Assembly: GCA_965226795.1 (NCBI GenBank)
Contig: CBDDDZ010000002.1
Coordinates: forward strand, 621,897-685,896
Direction: 5' to 3'
Source: Candidatus Latescibacterota bacterium
GTDB taxonomy: Bacteria > Latescibacterota > UBA2968 > GCA-2709665
Length of the DNA stretch: 64,000 nucleotides
Made by a program: the position numbers and the translations under genes. The notes beneath the pieces were generated by a model, which worked only from the letters and a program-made list of their open reading frames with translations, ran no database searches and was not told where the DNA came from. Positions within the stretch are counted from its first letter, which is position 1. Each line of letters starts with the position of its first letter. Positions 1 through 10,109 of the stretch are shown piece by piece.

Positions 1-276
1 CGCGCGGGCCGCATTCTGCACCAGGAACTGGGCGGGTGGGGGTGGCCTGCCGACGCCTATCCGCTTCTGGCGGAGGCGGGGGTGGACACGGTTCTACTCG
101 TCGGCCTGGGGCCGGGCGTCCAGGAGGCGATTCGGAAAGCGGGCATGGGCGCCGTACGCATTCCGCACGCCGCGGTGGACAACCTCGGGATCAACCTGTT
201 TCTGGACGAGGTGGAATGCAGGCTCGGCCCGTTAAACGTCATACCGTGCAATTATTTCGAGCGGATTACAAGATAG
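1..276 (+). CDS. C-terminal part of a probable NIF3/NGG1-interacting-factor-like metal-binding protein (5' truncated by window edge)
   Basis: Frame 1 is open from base 1; the C-terminus PHAAVDNLGINLFLDEVE..VIPCNYFERITR resembles NIF3-like protein C-termini. Confidence 0.5.
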   Translation, partial: RAGRILHQELGGWGWPADAYPLLAEAGVDTVLLVGLGPGVQEAIRKAGMGAVRIPHAAVDNLGINLFLDEVECRLGPLNVIPCNYFERITR

Positions 277-286
277 GAAATCCTGC

Positions 287-1099
287 ATGTCCGGACGTTC
301 ATCCGCCCCGCTCGCCGTGGTGACGGGCGCCGCCAGCGGCATCGGCAAGGCCACCGTCGAGCGCTTTGTCGACGAGGGGTTCCGCGCGGCGGCACTGGAC
401 CGGTCAATTGAGGGGCTCGACGCGCTTAAGGGTTCGCGGGTCGGCCCGCACGTGCACCCCTTCCGCTGTGATCTCTCTGACGTGGGCACCCTCACCCCGC
501 TCGCCAGGCGAATCGTTGTGGATCTCGGGCCTCCGCGTGTGCTGGTCAACAGCGCTGGCGTGTGCCTGTACGCGGATATTACGGAGACAACGGATGAGAT
601 GTGGGAAACGTCCCTGAACACGAATCTCGTCGGCGCTTCCGCGTTGATCCGCGGGTTTGTACCTGGGATGCAACGGGTGGAGGGGGCGGCCATCGTCAAC
701 GTGGCTTCGCGCAATGCGTTGTCGAGCAGCCCGCGCGCGGCGACGTATGACGCCGCAAAGGCCGCGCTGGCGGCCCTTACGCGCACGCTGGCGGTGGAAC
801 TGGGCGGGGACGGCATCCGCGTGAACGCGGTGCTGCCGGGGTTTATCGATACGCCGATTCACGGGGACCTGCTTGAGGACCGGGTTTTCGTGCGGAATTA
901 CCTAAAGCTGATACCGCTCAACCGCATCGGAAAACCCGAGGATATTGCCAATATCATCTACTTTCTGGCTTCGGACGGGGCCGCATTTATCACCGGCCAG
1001 GGGATCGTGGCCGACGGCGGACAGATGTCGGGCCAGAACTACGTCAAAGTGTTCGGGGAACGGGATTCATTCCGGGCCCGACAGGAGACCGACACATAG
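287..1099 (+). CDS. Short-chain dehydrogenase/reductase (SDR)
   Basis: TGAASGIG nucleotide-binding motif, NSAG, YDAAK catalytic YxxxK, PGFIDT. Confidence 0.95.
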   Translation: MSGRSSAPLAVVTGAASGIGKATVERFVDEGFRAAALDRSIEGLDALKGSRVGPHVHPFRCDLSDVGTLTPLARRIVVDLGPPRVLVNSAGVCLYADITETTDEMWETSLNTNLVGASALIRGFVPGMQRVEGAAIVNVASRNALSSSPRAATYDAAKAALAALTRTLAVELGGDGIRVNAVLPGFIDTPIHGDLLEDRVFVRNYLKLIPLNRIGKPEDIANIIYFLASDGAAFITGQGIVADGGQMSGQNYVKVFGERDSFRARQETDT

Positions 1100-1113
1100 G
1101 AAGGAAACCGGCC

Positions 1114-2283
1114 GTGGCATCTTCACCGGTCATTGCGCAGGTCAGGGTCTGGGAGGTCACGGTGCCGTTGCTGCAGGAGTGGGCCGCCAGCCCGGTATTT
1201 GGCGGTAACCCGAGCAGTATCGACGACCGGTTCGTGCTATGCATCACAGACTCTGAGGGCGTTGAGGGATGGGGCGAGGCCGTCCGGTCCGGCTTGCGTG
1301 AGGCGAACGAGGAAACGATTTCCGGGCTTGTGGGCAGGCCGGTGTCGGCGTTCAGGCTTTCCTTCCTGGAACTGTGGCCACCGGGCCGGCTATACTGGCA
1401 GCGCCCGCCGCCGCCGTCTCCGTACGCGGCCGATCCGGCCAATTTGCAGCACAGGCTGCGCCACCCGTTGCAGGCTCTTGTCGAGATGGCGCTCGGCGAT
1501 CTCACCGCCGGACGGGCGGGCCTGCCCCTGTGTGCTCTGTGGGGCGGCGCCTGGAGGGACCGCGTATCTGTGGATTACTGGATGCCGCGAACCACGCCCG
1601 ACCACGCCGCGAAATGCGTCGAGCGCGGCATGGCACTGGGCTTCTCGGGCGTCAAACTGAAGACGTCGCTCGAAGACCCCAATGTCGAGCGGCTGGAAGC
1701 CATCCGCCACGCGGCGGCGGACTGGCAGGTTACCGTGGATGCCAACGGGCGGTTCTACCGGCTGGACGACGCGATTTCGGTGCTTCGGGAGATGGACCGC
1801 GTGGGCAACATGGCCATCCTTGAGGATCCGTTTCCCCGCTTTCATCTCGAGGAGTTCGCGGAGTTGCGGCGCCGCGTTCAGGCGCGCCTGGTCGTGCACG
1901 TCGATCCGCCGGAATCGCTGTGGAACGTGCTGACGTCCGGCGCCGTGGGAGGTCTGAATATCGACAGCGCCTGCGGTCTGTACAACTGGCGCCTGCAGGC
2001 GGCCGCGGCGGCCCAGGCGAACCTGCCGGTCTGGCAGGGCAGCGGGATCGACCTGGGGATCGCCACGGCGGCGCAACTCCACCTTTCGGCCAGCGCGCCG
2101 AACTGCACGCTGCCCGGGGATCAGGCGGGTCCGTGGCTGCGGGAGTCCCACCTGCTGACGCGGGATTTCGAAATCGAGAGCGGCCACGTACTGCTCCCCG
2201 ATGGCCCCGGCCTGGGGGTAGAAGTCGACCTTGCTGCGGTGGACAGGTACTGTACACACCACCGGACCTGGCCGGCCGGTTGA
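1114..2283 (+). CDS. Mandelate racemase/muconate lactonizing enzyme (enolase superfamily)
   Basis: GVKLK (KxK), VDAN and LEDP metal ligands, C-terminal PDGPGLGVEVD. Confidence 0.9.
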   Translation: MASSPVIAQVRVWEVTVPLLQEWAASPVFGGNPSSIDDRFVLCITDSEGVEGWGEAVRSGLREANEETISGLVGRPVSAFRLSFLELWPPGRLYWQRPPPPSPYAADPANLQHRLRHPLQALVEMALGDLTAGRAGLPLCALWGGAWRDRVSVDYWMPRTTPDHAAKCVERGMALGFSGVKLKTSLEDPNVERLEAIRHAAADWQVTVDANGRFYRLDDAISVLREMDRVGNMAILEDPFPRFHLEEFAELRRRVQARLVVHVDPPESLWNVLTSGAVGGLNIDSACGLYNWRLQAAAAAQANLPVWQGSGIDLGIATAAQLHLSASAPNCTLPGDQAGPWLRESHLLTRDFEIESGHVLLPDGPGLGVEVDLAAVDRYCTHHRTWPAG

Positions 2284-2382
2284 ACGGGCGACGGACATCA
2301 CCCGGACAACAGCGAGACGTTAGACGCATGAGGTCCGCCCAACACCCCGTCGTTGTTCGCCTTGTCTCACGTCTTGCCTATT

Positions 2383-2497
2383 CCGGTCTTTCGCGCTTTG
2401 CCGTTTCTGACGTCTTACGTCTCCCGTCTCAGGTTTACCCCTGGGTTGGGTCGGGCGGGGAGTGTTGACCGTTGACAGCTTGTTTTCTGACCAGGAG
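2383..2497 (+). repeat. Diverged ~110-nt intergenic leader repeat, copy 1
   Basis: ccggtct..ctttgccgtttctgacgtctt..ccgtctca..ccctgggttggg..accgttgacagct matches 7718-7831. Confidence 0.7.
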
Positions 2498-2505
2498 GTC
2501 AGCGA

Positions 2506-2958
2506 ATGGGGTTTACGAGGGTTCACCACGTCAAGTACACGGTTGGCGACCTGGACAGGTCGCTTGCGTTTTACCGGGATATGCTGGGGTTTGAAGTGAC
2601 CTACGAGGCCGCGCGTGAGGCCCTGCCTTCGTACGATAGAATTATGAAGATGCGGGACGTCAAGTTGCGGGTGGGGATGTTGCTTCACAGGCCCACGGGG
2701 TTTGTCTTGGGCCTGGTTCAGTTTCAGAACCCGCCGCCCGTCGAGCGGGAACTGCGCAACAACTATGTCGGGGCATCCAGCCTGGCGCTTCAGGTGGACG
2801 ACGCGGTGTCCGAATACGAACGATTGACTTCGGCGGGGGTGGCGGCAACGAGCCCGCCCACCGAAATCGTCCGCGACGGAAAGGTGGCCGCCGTCGCATT
2901 CTATGTTCTGGATCCGGATGCCATTCCCATCGAGATCTGGCAGCCGGTCGACGCGTAA
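2506..2958 (+). CDS. VOC/glyoxalase family protein
   Basis: HHVKYTVGDLDRSLAFYRDMLGF and FYVLDPDAIPIEI; AGGAGG RBS. Confidence 0.9.
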   Translation: MGFTRVHHVKYTVGDLDRSLAFYRDMLGFEVTYEAAREALPSYDRIMKMRDVKLRVGMLLHRPTGFVLGLVQFQNPPPVERELRNNYVGASSLALQVDDAVSEYERLTSAGVAATSPPTEIVRDGKVAAVAFYVLDPDAIPIEIWQPVDA

Positions 2959-3003
2959 AGAGGCGTGGGGAAAGCTGCCGCTTCCTGTTATTGGAGATTG
3001 AAA

Positions 3004-5181
3004 ATGGAGATTCAGGTTCGAGGGCGAGTGATTGAAGATCCGTCGGGACGCGGCCTGGCCGGGGTTTCCGTCTCGAACGGTGAGCGGATTGTTCAGACGA
3101 ATGCGGAGGGTCGGTACGAACTCCAGGTGGAACCCGGGTCGCACCGGTTCGTGTTTATCACGCTTCCGGACGGGTTTTCTGCGCCGGATGGGTACTACCG
3201 ATCCACGTGGAACTGGTCGGAGACGCGCGACGGTGTGGATTTCCGGCTTTCGCCGTCTCCCGAACGGGCCGGACGGTCGTTCACGCTCGTGCAGATTACC
3301 GATACGCACGTCGTTACCGAAGGAGAAACGCTCACGTCGGGAGCCGTGCTTACGGAAGCCCTGCAGCGGCTCGAACGGGAGGCCGGACCCGATCTGATCG
3401 TGGCCAGCGGGGATCTGACGGATTGGGGAACCGTCGAACAGTTGACCGCCTTTCGCAATGCGGTCGAGAAGATTTCGGCGCCCGTATTTCCGTTGTTCGG
3501 CGGACACGACGGGAACGAAGAGCGCACCGGCGGTATTTCCGTTGATGCGTTCGTAGGACTGAAGACGACGCCGAATAACCCGAAGCTTAAGGAAATCGAA
3601 AAGAAAAACGCCGGCAAGCCCGCTACGCTGCACTTCGAGGAGGTGCTGGGGCCCGCATATTACAGCCTTGATTGGGGCGGGCGGCACTTTGTGTTCTACC
3701 CCAACGAACAGTCGTACTTCTCGACGTTGGACCTCGAACGCAAGGAAGGATGGTTCTGGGCGGACCTGGCGCTGCAGCCCGAAGACCGCGAAATTGTGGT
3801 TGTCGTGCATACCCCGCCGGCGGATTCGTTTCTTTGCGCGTTGAGTCGGTTCAACGTTCAAATTCTCCTTCATGGACACTGGCACTCCAGCAAGGTATTT
3901 TCGTACGGTGATATGGTCGTGGCCGCCACCCCGCCGATCTGTTTCGGGGGGATCGACACCTCCCCCAGGGGCTACCGCCTGGTACGGTTCGAAGAGAATA
4001 GTTCGTCCATGGAAGCGGGCGTGCTGCAGTCCGCGGACGCCTCGCGAGCGTCTCAGGAACGGACGCCACCGGAAATCGGATTCGACGGCGTTGCACTGCA
4101 TCTGCGCTGGGAGGGACGGATTCCGGGCGGGCTCCACCGGGCGGCGCCCGCGTTGTCCGGAGAGCGCGTGTTTCTGAGCCTGCGCGACGAGGGCTGGCCT
4201 GGACGAACCGGAATCTGCTGCGTCGACGCAACGAGCGGGGACATGCTCTGGCATGCGCCTACGGATGCGGCGGTCAAGAACAGCCCCGCTATTGATGGCA
4301 ACGTATGCACGGCTGTTTCCGTCACCGGCCGGGTGCACGCGTTCGAGACGGCTTCCGGCGGCCCGTTGTGGGAGGCGGACCTGCCCGGGTATCCCGGGCG
4401 CTGGATTTACACGTCTCCGGTTATTGCGGATGGAACGGTGTACGCAGGCGCCAAGTCCGGTTACGCTGCCTTCGATCTGACGTCGGGGCGTCGGCGTTGG
4501 CATACGGTTAACGAAGGCAGTGACAATTGGGCCTGTTACGCCGGCCCTCAGGTTTCCGGCGACCTGCTTGTTCTGCTCGTGCAGCGGATGGGTCTTGTGG
4601 CGCTGGACCGCGAGACGGGGGACGTCGTCTGGGAACGGCCGATCGGGGTGGATTACCCCTATGCAGCGCCGGTCCTGTCGGGAGACCTGATCCTGAGCGG
4701 CGGCGGCGCATCCGACCTTCACCATTTCACGGGGAAAGCATCGCCACTCATCGCGGTGCGGGCGGAATCGGGCAGTGTCGTCTGGAACAGACCGATCCTG
4801 CCGTCCAGATATCCCACGGGACTGCTGGTTCACGACGAGCGGATCTATGCGACCACCCCAGAGGGCGAGGCTCTATGCTTTGACCTGGATGACGGTGCGT
4901 TGCACTGGCGGTTCCGGACAGGAGATGACTTGCTGGATATGGTTCCCTATCGCAGGGGGGTGCGGTCCATCCTGGCCGCTCCGGTGATGTTCGAGGATCT
5001 TCTTCTGGTCGCCGGGTGCGACGGGATTCTCTATGCCCTGGATCACGCTTCGGGCCGATGCCTGGGCAGCGCTTCCTTCGACTCGCCGATTACGGCGCCT
5101 CCATGTGCGGTGGAGGGCGGGCTGGTTGTGGGTACGTATGACGGGCGGGTCTTTTGTTTTGAAAGAACGGGGTACAAGTAA
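3004..5181 (+). CDS. Calcineurin-like metallophosphoesterase fused to a PQQ-like beta-propeller
   Basis: QITDTH, SGDL, GGHD and HGHWH motifs; C-terminal PQQ/BamB-type repeats (..D..SG...W). Confidence 0.9.
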   Translation: MEIQVRGRVIEDPSGRGLAGVSVSNGERIVQTNAEGRYELQVEPGSHRFVFITLPDGFSAPDGYYRSTWNWSETRDGVDFRLSPSPERAGRSFTLVQITDTHVVTEGETLTSGAVLTEALQRLEREAGPDLIVASGDLTDWGTVEQLTAFRNAVEKISAPVFPLFGGHDGNEERTGGISVDAFVGLKTTPNNPKLKEIEKKNAGKPATLHFEEVLGPAYYSLDWGGRHFVFYPNEQSYFSTLDLERKEGWFWADLALQPEDREIVVVVHTPPADSFLCALSRFNVQILLHGHWHSSKVFSYGDMVVAATPPICFGGIDTSPRGYRLVRFEENSSSMEAGVLQSADASRASQERTPPEIGFDGVALHLRWEGRIPGGLHRAAPALSGERVFLSLRDEGWPGRTGICCVDATSGDMLWHAPTDAAVKNSPAIDGNVCTAVSVTGRVHAFETASGGPLWEADLPGYPGRWIYTSPVIADGTVYAGAKSGYAAFDLTSGRRRWHTVNEGSDNWACYAGPQVSGDLLVLLVQRMGLVALDRETGDVVWERPIGVDYPYAAPVLSGDLILSGGGASDLHHFTGKASPLIAVRAESGSVVWNRPILPSRYPTGLLVHDERIYATTPEGEALCFDLDDGALHWRFRTGDDLLDMVPYRRGVRSILAAPVMFEDLLLVAGCDGILYALDHASGRCLGSASFDSPITAPPCAVEGGLVVGTYDGRVFCFERTGYK

Positions 5182-6455
5182 TGAAGAAGGTAGACCCCGT
5201 TGCGGTGTGGGATGTGCGGCCGTGGGGATGCGATACGTTCCGTGTTGACGATTTCAACGGCGACGGTAAGCATGAGGTGCTTTTTCTGCAGACGTCGGGA
5301 TGCCATGCCGACAGGCGGCACGATCCGAGGGTTCCGGAGTTCAGGGCCTACAAGACCGGCATCGAGGAGCAGGAATTGTTCTGTATGACGCTGGTGGATG
5401 GTGAGGGGAATATCCTGTGGCAGGTGGGAGAACCCTGGGCGCTGGACAGGCCCTTTTCGTGGAACGGGCACTGGAACGAGTTCTGCCACGTGGTGGATTT
5501 CGACGGCGACGGGCAGGTGGAGATTCTGTTCGTGCACAAGGACGATTTGCGGATCTACGACGGGGCGACCGGGGCGCTGCGCCATCAGGCAGAGATGCCC
5601 CACCCGGGGGCGTATTACACCCGTGCGGTGAGGACCGATCATTCGGGGAAGTACCAAATTTTCGCGCACGTAGATCCCTGTTTTCTGCTGAATTCAAATT
5701 TCGACGTGGTCTGGGAGAGAGACGCGCCCGGGGCGCTGCCCGGACATTTCGGGTGTTTTGCGGACGTGGACGGGGACGGGCTGGACGAACTGCTGGCCGG
5801 GTTCAGCCTGTTCGACCACGACGGCACGCCGCTGTGGGCCCATCCGCCTGCATCGGAGGGGGACCACCTGGACGACGCCCGCATCGCGGATATCGACGGG
5901 GACGGCCAACTGGAAATCGCCCTGGCGCACGACGGGCGCGACGCGGTGGTTCACAACGACGACGGTACCGAGCGGTTTCGCGTAAAGATGCACCACTGCC
6001 AGAATATCCTGATCGGGAAATTTTTCGCCGATACGCCCGGGCTGCAGCTGGTTTTGATGGATAAGACAATCGGTCCGGCCGGAAAAAGGGAAGGGGTGGT
6101 TGTGGACGCCGAGGGAAGAGAGCTGTCCCGCCATCTCAATCTGGGGTACTATTCGTCCATTAACTGGGCCACCGATGTGGGTCCTTCGAGTCTGATCCGC
6201 GTGGAACGGCCGGTGGATCCGGATGGTGAGCACCGGGTGATGTGGGTTGCGCCTACTGGCGAGGAACTGGCCAGTTTAAAGGTGCGTTCGAGCTTTTACG
6301 ACCGTATCCGACGGCACGGGCTGGACAGGCTTCCCGGACGGGGCCGGTATTACGGAACGGCCCATAGCCCGGCAATTGGCGATGTGAACGGAGACGGGTG
6401 CGATGAATTGCTGGTGACGGATCGCGAGAGCGTGTGGGTTTTTGAGCGGCCGTGA
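5181..6455 (+). CDS. FG-GAP/VCBS-type DxDGDG repeat protein
   Basis: Repeats DFNGDGKHE, DFDGDGQVE, DVDGDGLDE, DIDGDGQLE, DVNGDGCDE; start overlaps upstream stop. Confidence 0.8.
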   Translation: MKKVDPVAVWDVRPWGCDTFRVDDFNGDGKHEVLFLQTSGCHADRRHDPRVPEFRAYKTGIEEQELFCMTLVDGEGNILWQVGEPWALDRPFSWNGHWNEFCHVVDFDGDGQVEILFVHKDDLRIYDGATGALRHQAEMPHPGAYYTRAVRTDHSGKYQIFAHVDPCFLLNSNFDVVWERDAPGALPGHFGCFADVDGDGLDELLAGFSLFDHDGTPLWAHPPASEGDHLDDARIADIDGDGQLEIALAHDGRDAVVHNDDGTERFRVKMHHCQNILIGKFFADTPGLQLVLMDKTIGPAGKREGVVVDAEGRELSRHLNLGYYSSINWATDVGPSSLIRVERPVDPDGEHRVMWVAPTGEELASLKVRSSFYDRIRRHGLDRLPGRGRYYGTAHSPAIGDVNGDGCDELLVTDRESVWVFERP

Positions 6456-6487
6456 GGAAGGGAAACCCTTCAGGAGTGAAGTCCGGA

Positions 6488-7666
6488 ATGCAACCGTTCT
6501 TTTCTGTTGCGCGATTCGATCGGCTTCTGGAATCGGCCGACATGGAGGCGATGCTGTTCTGCCGTCCCGCCTCCTTCCTCTATTTTACGACGTTGCCCTG
6601 GTATGAAAGGGTCCATTTTTCCGATATGCCGGGACAATATGTCGTGCCGATCGCCGGATACGTTCGCGGTCGCCCGGATCAGGCTTTTTCCACGGCGTCG
6701 GCTCAGATGGATTTCCCGGATTTCAAGGCCCGGAATATCTGGATTCCGGATGTTCGTCCCACAATGGGCGCGGCGTCGTACGAGCGGCAGGCCGAGCATA
6801 TCATCCGGGTTCTCCGCGAAAAGGGCGTTCAGTCGGGCCAGGTGGGCATCGAACGGGGCACGCTTTCCCACGACCTGGTCGCGGCGCTTGATGCTCTCGC
6901 TCCCGATATCCGCTGGACGGAGAGCCGGGAGATACTCTTCAAACTCCAGGAGTTCAAGTCCAACGAAGAATTGGACAGGCTCAGGGCGGCCTGCCGGATC
7001 ACGGAAAAGGGGATGATGCGCGTATTCGACCGTCTCGCTGCCGATGTGACCCCCGAGGAACTGATGGACGTCTATGTAAGATCCACCGCGGGACTCTATG
7101 CGGAGCGTTTCGGACATTTTTTTTCGGTCCACTTCAAGGATTTCCACTTTACCGGCCGCGAGTTGAAGGGTCCTCCCCTGAAGCCGGAGACACTCATTCA
7201 TATCGACGTGTCAACTGTCTACAAGGGACTCATCTCGGATATCGGGAGGAATTTTTATTTCGGCGCTTCGGTGCCGCCGGAAGTGGAGCGGTGCAGTCTG
7301 GCCTGCACAAGAACAACGCAGGTCGTTTTCGACCATTTGAAACCCGGAATCTCCTGCGCCAAGGTGGACAGCTTGTCGAAAGACGTCCTTTTTGATTCGC
7401 TGGGCGATCCGACAGGCCTCAACGTGGGCTTTCATTCGCACGGAATCGGCTGGATTCTGTACAGCTATCCGTTAATTTCTCCCGAACCGGAAGGTGAAAT
7501 CCTTCCCGGCCATGCGTTCACGCTGGAGTACAAGGTGAAATATCCCGGCATTGGACACTTCAAGTGCGAAGATACATTTGCGATGCACGAAAATGGTCCG
7601 GAATGCCTCTGCGGGCTCGAGCGGAAGCTCTTCGTGCAGTCGGGCGACGCTCCGAAGGGCGGGTGA
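6488..7666 (+). CDS. M24 family (Xaa-Pro) peptidase-like protein
   Basis: KSNEELD, D..ISDIGR, HSHGIG, TLE and CEDT metal ligands; AGGAG upstream. Confidence 0.85.
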   Translation: MQPFFSVARFDRLLESADMEAMLFCRPASFLYFTTLPWYERVHFSDMPGQYVVPIAGYVRGRPDQAFSTASAQMDFPDFKARNIWIPDVRPTMGAASYERQAEHIIRVLREKGVQSGQVGIERGTLSHDLVAALDALAPDIRWTESREILFKLQEFKSNEELDRLRAACRITEKGMMRVFDRLAADVTPEELMDVYVRSTAGLYAERFGHFFSVHFKDFHFTGRELKGPPLKPETLIHIDVSTVYKGLISDIGRNFYFGASVPPEVERCSLACTRTTQVVFDHLKPGISCAKVDSLSKDVLFDSLGDPTGLNVGFHSHGIGWILYSYPLISPEPEGEILPGHAFTLEYKVKYPGIGHFKCEDTFAMHENGPECLCGLERKLFVQSGDAPKGG

Positions 7667-7717
7667 TCGGGAGCGGCTCAGGGGCCACAGTGTCGGAGAA
7701 CGTTTCAGCCCGTTCCA

Positions 7718-7831
7718 CCGGTCTCCAATCGCCTTTGCCTTTTCTAACGTCTTCCGTCTCAAGTCTTACCCTGGATTGGGTTGGATGGGCGGTGTAACCG
7801 CTGAAAGCTCGTTTCTCAGACCAACGGGAGT
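7718..7831 (+). repeat. Diverged ~110-nt intergenic leader repeat, copy 2
   Basis: Aligns with 2383-2497 and likewise ends at the RBS of the next gene. Confidence 0.7.
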
Positions 7832-7838
7832 TTCAGGT

Positions 7839-9272
7839 ATGTATCAAGGGGTTTTGTACGCAGGTGCGGCCCAACGGGTGATTACACCGCCGGTAGGCGT
7901 GTCGATGTCCGGGTGGAACCCCCGGGCCTCAGGCGATATCAAGTCGCGTTACGTACACGACGATCTGTATGCCAGGGCTCTGGTGCTGTCCAACGGTGAA
8001 CGGGCGTGGGCCCTGGTTACCGTCGATCTGACGGGGGTGGACGCGGTCGCGACCGGGCAGATCCGCCGCGGCGCCGCGGCGGTGACGGGGCTTTGTCCCG
8101 AAGCGATTATGATCTGCGCGACCCACACGCACTCGGGGCCGGCGTTCTGCCCCGTGGCCACGACGTACAGCCCGGAGGATATGGCCCGCCTCACCGTAAG
8201 GGGAGATGGCTCGGCGCCCGCCGCCATGGGCGAGGTCACGGCGGTCTCGCCCTCCGCCAGTTGGGTGGGCGAGACAGGCATGGAATGGAAGTCGTGGTTT
8301 GTCGCGCAGGCGGTCGCGGCCGTGGAGGAGGCCTATGATGCGCGGCGACCTGCCGCGGTGGGGTTCGGAGAGGCCCCGGTCGAGGGCGTGGCCAGTTCGA
8401 GACGCGTTCTGATGTCGGACGGGAGTTGGGGAGATCCGAGGCGGGAGTCCGTCGATGGCGTCCGGGTGGTTTCGCGTACGCGGATCGATCCACTGGTGCG
8501 GGTGTTCGCCGTGAGGGAGCAGGGGACCGAAGCGCCGCTGGCGGCAGTGATCAACTACGGCACCCATCCGTGGATTTTCTGCGGATCGGGCATCTCCGCC
8601 GAAATCGCGGGCGCGGCGGCTGATCGGGTGTCGGAAACGTGGGCGCGCGAAGGGTCCGAACCGCCGGTCGTACTCTATACCGCCGGACCGGAGGGCGACG
8701 TCACCACAATCTGGAATATCGATATTGAGGCCGTGTGGAAGACCCGACCGGGCGAGGATCCCGAAGCGAGCCTGGCAAGACGGGAGCGGGGATTCGAACG
8801 GGAACTGGCGCGTCTGAGCGGGCGGGTGGCGCACGGGGCGATGTCGGCGATCGGCGGCGTGGCGGCCTGGGATGCGACGCCGGAGGTGTGGGCCCGCCGG
8901 CGGGAGGTGGCGCTGCCTCTGAAGGAGGGGTACCGCCACGTGGAAGACGTCCTCCTGGCCGATTGGCAGCGTGCGGCGCCGGAATCCCATCACCTCACGG
9001 AAGTACAGGCGCTGGGGGTGGGTGAGGGGGTCTTTCTGGGGCTTCCTGGAGAACCGTTTACGTCTCTTGGCACGGCAATCCGGGAGCAGTCCGGTTCCCG
9101 CCAACTGGTGATTGCCGCGCTTGCGAACGAGTTCGGCGCCATCAGCTACGTCGCCGACCGGGAGGCCTTCGACCTGGGAGGGTACGAGACCGCGTTCACT
9201 CCCGTGGGTTCGGGTGGTGGCGAGGCGCTGGTGGATGGCGCGATCGGGCTGTTGGGCGAGACGTTAGATTAA
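7839..9272 (+). CDS. Neutral/alkaline ceramidase-like amidohydrolase
   Basis: ITPPVG, HDDLYARALVL, ATHTHSGP, NYGTHP, PGEPF, GGYE. Confidence 0.85.
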   Translation: MYQGVLYAGAAQRVITPPVGVSMSGWNPRASGDIKSRYVHDDLYARALVLSNGERAWALVTVDLTGVDAVATGQIRRGAAAVTGLCPEAIMICATHTHSGPAFCPVATTYSPEDMARLTVRGDGSAPAAMGEVTAVSPSASWVGETGMEWKSWFVAQAVAAVEEAYDARRPAAVGFGEAPVEGVASSRRVLMSDGSWGDPRRESVDGVRVVSRTRIDPLVRVFAVREQGTEAPLAAVINYGTHPWIFCGSGISAEIAGAAADRVSETWAREGSEPPVVLYTAGPEGDVTTIWNIDIEAVWKTRPGEDPEASLARRERGFERELARLSGRVAHGAMSAIGGVAAWDATPEVWARRREVALPLKEGYRHVEDVLLADWQRAAPESHHLTEVQALGVGEGVFLGLPGEPFTSLGTAIREQSGSRQLVIAALANEFGAISYVADREAFDLGGYETAFTPVGSGGGEALVDGAIGLLGETLD

Positions 9273-9304
9273 AGGTTTGTGAAGGAGGGCTGACTTCGAG
9301 AGTC

Positions 9305-10069
9305 TTGTACACCCTTCACAGAGGATTAAACACGATGACAGGGATTGAACCTGCACCCCGTTTGACGGACCTGAGCGGCGCCAGAATTGGACTGCTGGAT
9401 CCGGGAAAGCGCAATACCGGCGCCGTCCTCAACGCGATTGGGGAACGCCTTGCAGAAGATTTCGGTGCGAATGTGATTCGTACCTGGACGAAAACGTCGG
9501 CATATCGCGTAAGCTCGAAGAAACTCGTCGAAGAGATCGTTCCCCAATGCGATGGCCTTGTCATGGGGATGGTCGACTGATGCGGCGCCAGTTCGTGCAG
9601 TCTGCACGATATGCTGGAATTCGAACTGAGAGGCGTTCCGACTGCATATATCACGGCCAGGGGTCGTGTTCCGGCAATCGAACGTATTGAAGGCGGACAT
9701 CTCTTGACGCATCGATTGGATAGGGATCTGGCGGCGAAATGGGACGATTCCGGCCAACCGTCCGATCGGCTTCAACGTGACCTTATCCATTTTGGGTTTC
9801 ATCGGTTCATGAGGGCGAGTGGGGTGAAAGAGGGCGATCACGTAATCATGGGGGGTAAGAAACTCCGGTGGACCTATCCACGGAAAGAGTTGGAAGCCCG
9901 TGTCAAGCCTGCCGGAATCGGCGCCTGGTCGAGCCGTAAGGACGGTATCATCGGCTACAGAAGCATCGATTTGTCTCCGGACCGCGCACCTGTCGAAGGC
10001 GATGATTTCGAAGCGTGTGTCCGGATAGCCGTTCCGGAGGTTGTCTCGATTTTGACGGGAGTTAAGTGA
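9305..10069 (+). CDS. UGSC-family (seleno)protein, read through an in-frame TGA at 9578-9580 as selenocysteine
   Basis: ORFs 9305-9580 and 9611-10069 are in the same frame; readthrough gives GMVD-U-CGASSCSLHDMLEFELRGVPT, matching the UGSC-family pattern D-U-x5-C-x2-HD...E.RG.P; N-half PRLTDLSGARIGLLDPGK is family-like; start may be ATG 9335. Confidence 0.8.
9593..9609 (+). promoter_or_regulatory. Putative bacterial SECIS stem-loop
   Basis: TCGTGCA-GTC-TGCACGA starts 12 nt after the UGA, with G first in the loop; closely resembles the E. coli fdhF apical element UGCAGGUCUGCAC. Confidence 0.7.
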
Positions 10070-10109
10070 TCATGGTCCCGTCGGCAGCCCCGGGCTTGTC
10101 GAGACGATC

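Noticed and set aside
2320..4833. Long antisense ORFs (837 aa here; also 26515-27936, 47086-48552 and 51985-53649)
   Set aside because: They are shadows of well-supported plus-strand genes in GC-rich DNA and carry no recognisable motifs.
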